Positions 9,940-17,720 of a DNA stretch of 64,000 bases are shown here, piece by piece. Position 1 is the stretch's first letter. Each line of letters begins with the position of its first letter. Under the pieces are notes generated by a model, which saw only the letters and a program-made list of their open reading frames with translations, was not told where the DNA came from and ran no database searches. Source of the stretch: an uncultured Candidatus Saccharibacteria bacterium (GTDB lineage Bacteria > Patescibacteriota > Saccharimonadia > Saccharimonadales > JAGQNJ01); assembly GCA_964504275.1 (NCBI GenBank), contig CAZDDV010000002.1:12822-76821 (forward strand), read 5' to 3'. The position numbers were made by a program, and so were the translations under genes.

Positions 9940-10692
9940 ATGTCAGGAATGGAAAAAGGCCGACCAGCCGACCAGCGCAGCATCCTAGCTGTTGATACGA
10001 GCGAACGTAAACAGGCTCGCAACTTAGTTGCCATTGCGCGCGATGCAGGAGCGCCAATAGTAAAACTAGGGCTCCAGCTTTCTTCGGCCGAGTCTTGGAA
10101 GTGGTGCGGCAAACTTGCCTCAAGATACGACCGTGACTGGGTAGCAGACGCAAAAATTGACGATATTCCCACCACAACAAAGGGAATTGTCCGTAACTTA
10201 TTAGCACTAGATCACCCACCTGTGGGCATTACAATACATACCAATAGTGGAGTAGACTCTATGCGCGCCGCACAAGAACTGGCCGAGGAAGCAGATGTTA
10301 CTATGCTAGGTGTCACGCACCTTACTTCGATTGATGATGCTGAGTCCGAGTTAACTTACGGCTTTTTGCGCAAAACTTTAGTAGCTCGGCGTACTAATGA
10401 CGCAATTCGCGGTGGAATTGGTGGCCTTATTTCATCAGCACGCGAGGTTGGTGCTGTCGCAAATGATCCGCGATCAGCCCATCTTGTGACAATGATACCG
10501 GGCACCCGATCACTAAGCGCAGACGCTCACGATCAAAAGGCAATTGTTACGCCAGAACAGGCAATGATTGACGGCGCCGATTTTCTTGTGTTAGGCCGTC
10601 AAGTCACCAAAGCTTTAGACCCAGCCGCAGAACTAGCAGCTATTAATCAAGAGATACTACAAGGACTAATTACAAGAGGAGAAACAGCATAA
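9940..10692 (+). CDS. pyrF: orotidine 5'-phosphate decarboxylase
   Basis: 250 aa with a DAKIDDIPTT motif (K-x-x-DIP-x-T). It is adjacent to and coupled with a PRTase gene. Confidence 0.7.
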   Translation: MSGMEKGRPADQRSILAVDTSERKQARNLVAIARDAGAPIVKLGLQLSSAESWKWCGKLASRYDRDWVADAKIDDIPTTTKGIVRNLLALDHPPVGITIHTNSGVDSMRAAQELAEEADVTMLGVTHLTSIDDAESELTYGFLRKTLVARRTNDAIRGGIGGLISSAREVGAVANDPRSAHLVTMIPGTRSLSADAHDQKAIVTPEQAMIDGADFLVLGRQVTKALDPAAELAAINQEILQGLITRGETA

Positions 10693-11330
10693 TGTCACAC
10701 CCAGAATCACTCGGAGAAATAGCTCGATTTAGAGATCATATTATTGAAGGTGGCGTTCTTGATGCCGAAGGCACTCATCACGAATTCGTCAGCGGTATGC
10801 ATGGCCAAAAGCTAGATTTCGATATCATAAAAAATGAAGACCCGTTGTACCAAGAATGGATAACGGCGACCGCAAATTTTATTCGAAGAGAACTGCGTTT
10901 GCCAGAGGTAATTATCGGTGTGGCAAATGGCACGAACCGCGTGGCACTGGATGTAGCACGAAGATTCAACGGTGATGTTTTGGGCCTGGTGAGCGAAAAA
11001 GATCAGCAAAACTCAAAAATATTACGGCTTTCTAGTGCAGCTGAAAGAGTATTTGGATTAATGAGACCAGAGTTTGTTGTCGTCAAAGAAGACGTTGGAA
11101 CAACTGGTTCTAACTCTGTTCAGGTTGCTACGCAGGCGCTTGAAGCCGGCGCTCAGCATGTGTTGGTTCTTGCAACTTGGAAGCGACGCGCCCAGCTTGA
11201 ACGTTTGGACGAGGCCGGAATTGATTATGCTGCCATGATTGATGAGCCGCTTACAACCTACACGCCCGAAGAATGTACAGCGGAAGGATTTTGCGCTGAC
11301 GGTTGGAAATTTATTCCCCGCACCACATAA
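10692..11330 (+). CDS. pyrE: orotate phosphoribosyltransferase-like protein
   Basis: 212 aa with the PRPP-binding loop VVVKEDVGTTGSNS. Its start overlaps the pyrF stop. Confidence 0.6.
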   Translation: MSHPESLGEIARFRDHIIEGGVLDAEGTHHEFVSGMHGQKLDFDIIKNEDPLYQEWITATANFIRRELRLPEVIIGVANGTNRVALDVARRFNGDVLGLVSEKDQQNSKILRLSSAAERVFGLMRPEFVVVKEDVGTTGSNSVQVATQALEAGAQHVLVLATWKRRAQLERLDEAGIDYAAMIDEPLTTYTPEECTAEGFCADGWKFIPRTT

Positions 11331-11522
11331 ACAAACACTCACAAAACAAACACTAATCTGGTATACTGCCTCTGTTAGTGCGGTGCTTTTCCAAATTTAC
11401 AATCCAAGGAGCAACGCGACTGAATGTTAATTTGAGAGGAGATGGCTTGTTGGGGTAGCTACATTTGTCGAGCAAACTTGTTTTGTCGACGAATTGGCTG
11501 TCCAAACATTACACATCGACGC

Positions 11523-11598
11523 GGGGGTGTAGCTCACCGGTTAGAGCAGGACGCTCATAACGTTTTGGTAGATGGTTCAACTCCATCCACCCCCACCA
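11523..11598 (+). tRNA. tRNA with CAU anticodon (elongator Met or lysidine-type Ile2)
   Basis: Hand-folded cloverleaf. Acceptor GGGGGTG/CACCCCC, D arm GCTC-ACCGGTTA-GAGC, anticodon arm GGACG-CTCATAA-CGTTT, T arm GATGG-TTCAACT-CCATC, and an encoded CCA. G1-C72 is paired, so it is not an initiator. Confidence 0.85.
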
Positions 11599-11637
11599 GA
11601 CTAACACTGACATTTTTAAAGCTGTTATGCTAGTGAC

Positions 11638-12486
11638 ATGACATGGCTTGCTTATACTATCGTGGGTGTGTTCGCATTTGCCTTCTACTACACGCTCTCT
11701 AGGCTGTTTCTTAAAGCTAAGAATACAGACGCAATTTCGTACGCACTGCTATTCAACCTGGTTTGTGCGAGCTTACTTATTGCAGTATCGGTCAGTAAAG
11801 GGTTCGTGCTAGTAGACCTACACAAGTATGCCCTTAACTTAGTGGTTATGGGAGTTCTCTATACCGCATCCCAAATCTTTATATTCCAAGCTTCAAAAAC
11901 AATCGAAGCATCCGAAGTTATTATACTGTCTTCAACCCGAATCTTGTGGACAATTGGTGCAGCAATCGTATTCCTTGGCGAGAGCTTTGATCTAGCTAAA
12001 CTAATCGGTGCTGGGCTAATTCTTTACTCAGTTTACTTCGTGTCACACAAAAAGAAGCGGTTGAAGTTCGAGAAAGGTCATGTGTACGCAATATTAGCTG
12101 GAGTATGTTTGGGCGTGGGATTTGTGAATGACGCTTACGTTTTGAGAAACGCTGACGCTTTCTCGTATGCAGCCCTCGCTTTTATACTTCCGTCTATCCT
12201 AACTCTGTTAATTTTCCCCTCAGTTGTAGGTAAGATCAAGAAGCAGTTCGATATAGGGTTGCTTAGAAACACGGTCTTGTTGGGTATTTTCTATACGATT
12301 GGGATTATGGCATCGTACCTTGCATACCAAAAGGGAGGAACGGCTTCACAGATTGTGCCGATTGGACAGTCGGTGGTGATTGTCACGGTAATACTAGCCG
12401 CGATATTTATTGGTGAAAGAGATAACTTAATCAAGAAGCTTGTAGCTGCTGCACTCGTCACAGCCGGGGTTTTACTCTTGAAATAG
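11638..12486 (+). CDS. EamA/DMT-family transporter
   Basis: 282 aa with ten hydrophobic helices in a two-repeat EamA-like layout. Confidence 0.75.
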   Translation: MTWLAYTIVGVFAFAFYYTLSRLFLKAKNTDAISYALLFNLVCASLLIAVSVSKGFVLVDLHKYALNLVVMGVLYTASQIFIFQASKTIEASEVIILSSTRILWTIGAAIVFLGESFDLAKLIGAGLILYSVYFVSHKKKRLKFEKGHVYAILAGVCLGVGFVNDAYVLRNADAFSYAALAFILPSILTLLIFPSVVGKIKKQFDIGLLRNTVLLGIFYTIGIMASYLAYQKGGTASQIVPIGQSVVIVTVILAAIFIGERDNLIKKLVAAALVTAGVLLLK

Positions 12487-12679
12487 GTTGGATTAGTGGA
12501 TAGGTTCAACGCTCTTTACCTTACGGATACTTAGTACCGCCAACTCTGTTTTGTACTCACTTGCGAAGCCTCTTTGAGCTGTAACGACCACCCGGGCAAA
12601 GGGTTCTCAATCAGACACTCCACGACAGCCTCCAAAGGTTCAAAAGTCTTCGCTTTATCGCCACCAAAAGTGGCTTACG

Positions 12680-12723
12680 CGGACCACGACCATCTCGAGA
12701 TGGTCGTGGTCCGTTTGTTTCTT
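12680..12723 (+). terminator. GC-rich hairpin plus T-tract (orphan terminator inside the island)
   Basis: Perfect 15-bp stem CGGACCACGACCATC/GATGGTCGTGGTCCG followed by TTTGTTTCTT. There is no intact upstream gene. Confidence 0.5.
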
Positions 12724-13201
12724 CAGTGAGATTGCCAGAACCCGGCAGTTTTCCAGCCAGAAAAGTAGACTTACGCCCCGCGGAATTCCAAGCAGGTCCG
12801 CAACATCTCGAGGATCTCGTCGAGTTTCGTCTCAGTCTGCTCTCAGTCGTTGGTGCGGGCCGCTACGAACGCGTTATTATTCTAAGGACAAGGATGTTTG
12901 CCAGCTCCTCGTCGCCCTGACTCGTACTCGCAAGAGTTGCAACCTCGTCTCCACGCGCAGGCCCGGGGACCAAGCTAGTATTGATGTTCCGGCAGAAGAC
13001 GAAGACGCCGAATGGGCCGCGCTGAAAGCTGCGCTTTAGACATATTTTTAAGTGCGTCAATACTACGAGGTCTGAAGGCAAGATCTTCCATTTTTTAAAG
13101 CTGCCTGCAAATGCTATAATAACTGTAATGAAGCAAGTTTGGGTGCATGCTATTATCTCTCTGAATAAACGGTTATATATTCGTGGCTGGAGTCATGTCT
13201 A

Positions 13202-14257
13202 ATGAGCCGTCTCCCAACCCCAGGTAGTGATAATGGCACCTGGGGTGATGTGCTCAACGACTTCTTGAGTGTGTCTTTGGATGACGATGGCTCACTGCAA
13301 GACGACGCCGTTGGCCCCGGCGCACTAGCGGACGGCTCGGTCACCCAAGCCAAGATCGCCGATGGCACGCTCACTGACGTTCAGATTGATACCGCCAACA
13401 TTGATGGCACTTCCAGCACCCCGAGCTTGCGTACCCTTGGCACCGGCTCGACACAAGCGGCTGCCGGTGACGATGCTCGCATTACGGGCGCGCTACAAGC
13501 CAGTAACAACCTCAGCGAAGTTGCTGCAAGTGCGTCGACAAGCCGAACGAACTTGGGCCTGGCAGCGATTGCCGCCTCTGGCTCAGCGGCTGACCTGTCT
13601 GGCACCAAGACGCATACGTTCATCTCGGATTTTGACGCTGAAGCTGTGTCGGCTGGGGCTGGAACGTATGCACTACTCGCAACGGCAGGCGAGCTCATCA
13701 ACGGGCAGAACGGTGGCAACTCGTCGATCGTCCCTGTCTACAACCGGCGACACATTATGTCGTCGGACCAGACCACCAGCTCGGGCTCGTGCTACTTCAC
13801 CTACTTCGTTTCACCCGTCAACCGCACCATCTCAAACCTCGGCTATCCGAGCGCTACGACTACGGCGAGTTCAGGTCTGACAATCTGTCGATTCGGGCTG
13901 TACACCGTCGACCAGGCGACAGGTGACGTCACCCTCGTGGCCCGTACGGCGAGCGACACGACCGTCTTCAATACGCTCAACACCGAGTACACACGGGCTC
14001 TTGACGCGACGGGCGGCTACCCGGCCAGCTACAGCCTAGTTGCCGGTACCGAGTACGCCCTGTCCGTAACTCAGGTCGGCACCACAACCGCTCGGCTCTG
14101 GTGTCTCTCTGTCACCAATGCCGTGATCACGGGTGGATCCGGTCGCAGAGAGGCGAGCCTCTTGAGCGCCCAAGCCGACCTGCCCACCGGAACGACGACC
14201 GCAGTAACACTCGGGAACGCAACCGCGAAGGTGTTCTACGGCTTCTGCAAGGTCTGA
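13202..14257 (+). CDS. tail-fibre-like / receptor-binding-like protein of high-GC origin
   Basis: 351 aa with GC-rich third codon positions. It opens MSRLPTPGSDNGTWGDVLNDFLSVSLDDDGSL, followed by an Ala/Ser/Thr/Gly-rich region and a C-terminal domain. GGAG RBS, with TATAAT at 13115-13120. Confidence 0.6.
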   Translation: MSRLPTPGSDNGTWGDVLNDFLSVSLDDDGSLQDDAVGPGALADGSVTQAKIADGTLTDVQIDTANIDGTSSTPSLRTLGTGSTQAAAGDDARITGALQASNNLSEVAASASTSRTNLGLAAIAASGSAADLSGTKTHTFISDFDAEAVSAGAGTYALLATAGELINGQNGGNSSIVPVYNRRHIMSSDQTTSSGSCYFTYFVSPVNRTISNLGYPSATTTASSGLTICRFGLYTVDQATGDVTLVARTASDTTVFNTLNTEYTRALDATGGYPASYSLVAGTEYALSVTQVGTTTARLWCLSVTNAVITGGSGRREASLLSAQADLPTGTTTAVTLGNATAKVFYGFCKV

Positions 14258-14546
14258 GCAACCGACGCATTCAGACGGAAAGGACCGCACTACGAAATCA
14301 CTGATCTATGAACGCAACCGAGTTCGACCCACCACGTCAGAATTGACGTGCAGCCAAATTCAAAAAGCGGTGGACAAGGAGCGCTTTTTTATTTGGCCTT
14401 CGTTATTCTTTCTCTACCCCAAAAAAAACAGGCTTTGCGGGGACCCCAAACATATGGTTCACACAACAAGGCCACGCGCAGGAATGTTTTCCGAGCATGG
14501 CTGCAGCTTTTGCGTCCTATCCACCCCCTCGCTTCTGTTATAATTT

Positions 14547-15014
14547 ATGCTAATAATGCTTCAAAAAATAAAAAATAAAGTTCCAGAATATGTAAAACTG
14601 CTGTCTGATGTGCGCGTGCTCGGGCAGATTGTGTTTGTGGTGATTGTGTTACTGGTCAGCTGGAGCGGGGTAAAGGCGATTCAAACAAATTTTGAGCTGC
14701 AAAAAAAGATCGTAAAACTCGAGCAAGAAGTGGCCATTGCCGAGTTAGAAAACCAAAACTTGAGTTTGCAAAATCAGTACTTAGAAACCGATCAGTTTTT
14801 GGAACTCGCCGCCCGCAAACAATTTGGTAAAGCCGCCAGGGGCGAAAAGGTTTATTTAGTGCCGCAAGAGGTTGCGCTCAAACATGCACCTGCAGCGATG
14901 GAGCAAAAAACCGTCGGCGAAAAAAAGGCTGACAAGCCAAAATACCAGCAAAACCTGGAGGCGTGGGTAAACTTCTTCTTCCGCAACTCCGACAACAAAC
15001 TCCTCAGCAGCTAG
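14547..15014 (+). CDS. ftsB: septum formation initiator (FtsB/DivIC family)
   Basis: 155 aa with an N-terminal TM helix and the coiled coil QTNFELQKKIVKLEQEVAIAELENQNLSLQNQYLETDQFLELAARKQFG. Confidence 0.75.
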   Translation: MLIMLQKIKNKVPEYVKLLSDVRVLGQIVFVVIVLLVSWSGVKAIQTNFELQKKIVKLEQEVAIAELENQNLSLQNQYLETDQFLELAARKQFGKAARGEKVYLVPQEVALKHAPAAMEQKTVGEKKADKPKYQQNLEAWVNFFFRNSDNKLLSS

Positions 15015-15018
15015 TGTT

Positions 15019-15499
15019 ATCATTTTTTTCCAACAAACCCAGTGTTACTTTTGTTTTCGAACAAAAGTAACCAAAAACCATCACTGGACGGTTGCTCAAT
15101 CTTGAGGAAACTGTTGTCTAAAACAGGCTTGCTGTGGAACTCACAAGAAAGGAGCCATCGAGCTCCTTTCTTGCTCAAACAGTCCTCGCACTCAAAGGCG
15201 CCTCTTTTACACAACAGTTTCATCAGGATCTCACAAAGCCCAGACTTAGCTGCCTCCGACGAAGTCGGAGTAGTAATAATCTGCTTTGCAGATGCTGCTA
15301 AGGTGAGGCTCAGCAACACCGAAATAAAATATTCCCGTTTTGCTGAGTCAAGCCAAAAGTCAAGTCTGAAGCAAGCAAAAAAGAAATGGCGAAAGACCGA
15401 CCAAAGGGAGTCCTTTTGGCGCGGCAAAACGGGGATATTTTATTATCGCGTGGCTTCGGTCGCCTCGAAGTTTTAGCGTACCTTTTTAAAAAGGTACGG
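15019..15499 (+). other. hairpin-dense non-coding block, candidate structured RNA or decayed element (unassigned)
   Basis: Perfect 12-bp hairpins at 15044-15071 and 15144-15173. A 7-bp hairpin at 15254-15270. An 11-bp long-range pair between 15107-15117 and 15211-15221. A 21-bp helix between 15323-15343 and 15424-15444 that encloses an 8-bp helix (15352-15359 with 15413-15420). A 20-nt palindrome at 15478-15497. Confidence 0.3.
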
Positions 15500-15583
15500 A
15501 GCTAGTGTTTGTTTGAAACAAAAAGTAAAGAGTAGTGAATTCTTATTCTGTGAAAATATAATAGAAGTAATACTTCCCGGTAT

Positions 15584-15612
15584 TTGACAAAACTACCTCT
15601 GTTTGGTAGGAT
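15584..15612 (+). promoter_or_regulatory. candidate sigma70-type promoter of tRNA-fMet
   Basis: TTGACA-N17-TAGGAT, ending 27 nt upstream of the tRNA. Confidence 0.4.
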
Positions 15613-15639
15613 TACTTAGCTTCACTTTTAAGCAGATAT

Positions 15640-15714
15640 CGCGGGATGGAGCAGCGGCAGCTCGCGTGGCTCATAACCACGAGGTCCCAGGTTCGAGTCC
15701 TGGTCCCGCAACCA
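15640..15714 (+). tRNA. initiator tRNA-fMet (CAU)
   Basis: Acceptor CGCGGGA/TCCCGCA with the C1xA72 mismatch. D arm GAGC-AGCGGCA-GCTC, anticodon arm CGTGG-CTCATAA-CCACG, T arm CCAGG-TTCGAGT-CCTGG, and an encoded ACCA. Confidence 0.9.
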
Positions 15715-15723
15715 AAACAAACG

Positions 15724-15749
15724 CCCAACTTCGGTTGGGTTTTTGTTTT
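15724..15749 (+). terminator. rho-independent terminator after tRNA-fMet
   Basis: CCCAAC-TTCG-GTTGGG followed by TTTTTGTTTT. Confidence 0.6.
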
Positions 15750-15778
15750 GGTTGGGCCAAGCCTCGAACCTGGGACGC
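15750..15778 (-). repeat. inverted degenerate copy of the tRNA-fMet T-arm and 3' half
   Basis: The minus strand reads GCGTCCCAGGTTCGAGGCTTGGCCCAACC; the tRNA reads AGGTCCCAGGTTCGAGTCCTGGTCCCGCAACC. Confidence 0.55.
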
Positions 15779-15864
15779 AGATTTGCTTTAGTAAATATGC
15801 AAGTCCCCGGTTCGGTCGTTAGTCACAAGCCCCAGCGAAGCGGGCGCTTGGATTAATGTGCGCT

Positions 15865-15883
15865 GTCCTGGTCCCGCAACCAA
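15865..15883 (+). repeat. exact 19-nt direct copy of the tRNA-fMet 3' end (att-like scar)
   Basis: GTCCTGGTCCCGCAACCAA is identical to 15697-15715. Confidence 0.85.
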
Positions 15884-15895
15884 GTTGCATAACAA

Positions 15896-15928
15896 ATAGA
15901 GATTCACATTGTGTGAATCTCTATTTTT
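15896..15928 (+). terminator. rho-independent terminator following the duplicated tRNA end
   Basis: 13-bp stem ATAGAGATTCACA/TGTGAATCTCTAT followed by TTTT. Confidence 0.6.
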
Positions 15929-15984
15929 AGTACCCCTGTTATTTAGGTTCCAATGTTGCTTGGTCTCTGGTATGATATGGGTAA

Positions 15985-16845
15985 ATGAACTGGACTTTTT
16001 ACAGCTTGATGATGTTCTTTTCTTCTGTCGCACTATACCTTACTGTGCGAAAAGCATCGCTTCTAAAAACACCGAGTTATCTGACGAACCTGGCCATGTT
16101 CGCCATACCGCTAATTGCATATGTTGCGCTAGGTGTCATGACGAAAACACCCCTTGGCATTTCTTGGTGGCAAGCAGTTATTCTGATTTTTACAGCATGC
16201 GTATTTGCTTACGGGGGCAATAAGGCATCGCTTATCGCTTTTAGTAAAGCGCCAAACCCGGGCTATAGCTTAGTCTTATCTAAAAGTTACGTATTGTTCA
16301 CGACACTCGTTGCCGTAACACTTCTTGGCGCAGAACTTTCAGCTCAAAAGGCATTGGCGATTCTCATGATTGTTGGATTTTCAGTACTCATTTTAGTGAA
16401 TAAAAAAGGTGCGAAGAAAGTTAAAGACGAAAGATGGGTCTTGCTATCTTTCGCAGCTTTCTTTGCATGGGGAATGTTATCACTTGGCTCGAAGTACTTA
16501 TTTAACAATGGCGTCGATACTGTCGTATTTCTTATTTACCTATACGCGATTGTAACTATTTGCATCGTTTCTTTTGATAAAGTGCGCATCTCAAAATTTA
16601 AAGAGATATCTACTCAAATGAAGTTACTTCTAGTTGGCGTCGGCGTGTTCTCTGCTTTGTTTAATTTTGGTCAGTTTCAGGCCATCAAGCTGGCGCCAAA
16701 TATAGGCTAGGTCAATGCAGTCAATGCGGCTTCAATCTCAATGGTGACAGTTTTTGCCGTAATCTTGTTTAAAGATGAACTGACCGTAAAAAAAGCTATC
16801 GGTATTGCTGGTGCCACCATTGGCCTCATGTTGCTACTTGTCTAG
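15985..16845 (+). pseudogene. EamA/DMT-family transporter interrupted by an in-frame TAG
   Basis: The track ORF ends at the TAG at 16708-16710. The same frame continues for 44 codons (VNAVNAASISMVTVFAVILFKDELTVKKAIGIAGATIGLMLLLV) to the TAG at 16843-16845, which completes the last EamA helices. Confidence 0.7.
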
Positions 16846-17003
16846 GTGTAGTTCCACTATCGCACGGTAGAGCAGCTTAGCACTCTGTTCTTCCCTGATA
16901 GCTGCTTCCAACGAGTAATTTCAGTAATTAGGTTGTTCCATTCGAATGTACTTGCGCAGCTAACAAAAGCGTCTAAAATCTGTGGAGTGTTTTTGTTGGC
17001 TTT

Positions 17004-17540
17004 TTATTGTTCGACTACTTGAGGTTGTTGCCAATCGGTGGTGTCTAATCCTGTTATGTCAACGTCAAGCGAGAAGCCAATTGAGCGTATTTCTGGGTCT
17101 TCTTCATATTGTTCTGCACGCACGAGTGATTCCCGAACTTGATCCGTAGAAATATTCAGGGTTGGTTCTTGCTTGAATCGATCGGGGTCAGAAAATGTTA
17201 CATCCTGCCCAACAACATTTAACAATACATCGAGCCCATACTGTGATTCTACATCTGTTGGGAATGAGGTAGCACCCTGCGCCTTACCCCACGCAACGAG
17301 AGACCGCACCATGCGCTCGCCAAGTTTATGTCCACGAACAGATTTATCTACCCTCAAAAAGCCGCCGATAAGTCTTTTTGTAGTGGGGTTGAACATCCCT
17401 GAGTATTTGCATAACTCTTGTAATGAAAGTTCTATTTCATGCTCTGCGTCTTCAGTCCACGCCAGTGCCTTCACTGGTGCCGATTGTAATTCTTTGGCAA
17501 GCATATTTTCTGCTTCGCCATTTTTTTGTACATCACTCAT
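17004..17540 (-). CDS. hypothetical protein, weak GNAT-like motif
   Basis: ATG at 17540 (MSDVQKNGE...). The segment RGHKLGERMVRSLVAWGKAQGA resembles acetyl-CoA-binding motif A. The upstream part of the track ORF looks non-coding. Confidence 0.4.
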   Translation of the reverse strand: MSDVQKNGEAENMLAKELQSAPVKALAWTEDAEHEIELSLQELCKYSGMFNPTTKRLIGGFLRVDKSVRGHKLGERMVRSLVAWGKAQGATSFPTDVESQYGLDVLLNVVGQDVTFSDPDRFKQEPTLNISTDQVRESLVRAEQYEEDPEIRSIGFSLDVDITGLDTTDWQQPQVVEQ

Positions 17541-17720
17541 ATCAATAATGATACAACAGTATTCTATTGAACCCGCACAGAGCTGCTTCGCTAGAAGGCT
17601 CAGAAACCGTCGGCTAGTTGCTTTTACGATAAATGCCCATCCCCAAAACCGGGTCTTGGGGCACGAGAATCGCTTTTTTTTGCAAATAAACAGCGTATTA
17701 TTTAACCATAAGGAGAATTT

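Larger units (their letters stand above)
12487..14345. other. compositionally foreign high-GC island (probable horizontal acquisition)
   Basis: Hand-counted 60-nt lines give 53-67 % G+C inside the island and 42-48 % in the flanks. Spurious multi-frame ORFs occur only here. The 5' 700 bp has no intact ORF. Confidence 0.6.

Noticed and set aside
13153-14304. Overlapping ORFs in alternative frames within the high-GC island (13153-13374, 13362-13880, 13381-13719, 14036-14290, 14101-14304).
   Set aside because: Stop-poor alternative frames are expected in GC-rich DNA. Their translations are Arg/Ala/Pro-rich nonsense, and only the 13202-14257 frame shows GC3 bias and protein-like sequence.
15100-15225. 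An RNase P RNA-like P4 pairing: TGAGGAAACTGTTGT resembles the GAGGAAAGUCC region, and ACACAACAGTTTCATC resembles ACAGAACCCGGCUUA.
   Set aside because: Only about 90 nt separate the two strands, which leaves no room for a specificity domain. About 280 nt of unexplained sequence follow the would-be 3' end. The universally conserved AAGUCCGGGC core is absent.
15020-15476. Two ORFs of 135 and 144 aa on opposite strands covering the hairpin-dense block.
   Set aside because: They are mutually exclusive, have no RBS, and give implausible sequences. The region is better explained as structured and non-coding.
15019-15499. tmRNA or SRP RNA identity for the structured block.
   Set aside because: There is no tRNA-like acceptor or T-arm with a CCA end. 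No reading frame ends in a hydrophobic ..AA-stop tag; the best frame gives ..DFVGGS-stop. There is only a loose resemblance (GTCTGAAGCAAGCA) to the SRP domain IV motif.
15009-15509. A 10-bp direct repeat AGCTAGTGTT (15009-15018 and 15500-15509) read as a target-site duplication of an inserted element.
   Set aside because: By my rough estimate, tens of 10-mer repeats within 500 bp are expected by chance in 64 kb. I also saw no terminal inverted repeats.
16877-16885. An exact CIRCE half-site, TTAGCACTC, downstream of the interrupted transporter.
   Set aside because: The partner half after N9 (CTGATAGCT) does not match. A single 9-mer hit is about what chance would give in 64 kb.
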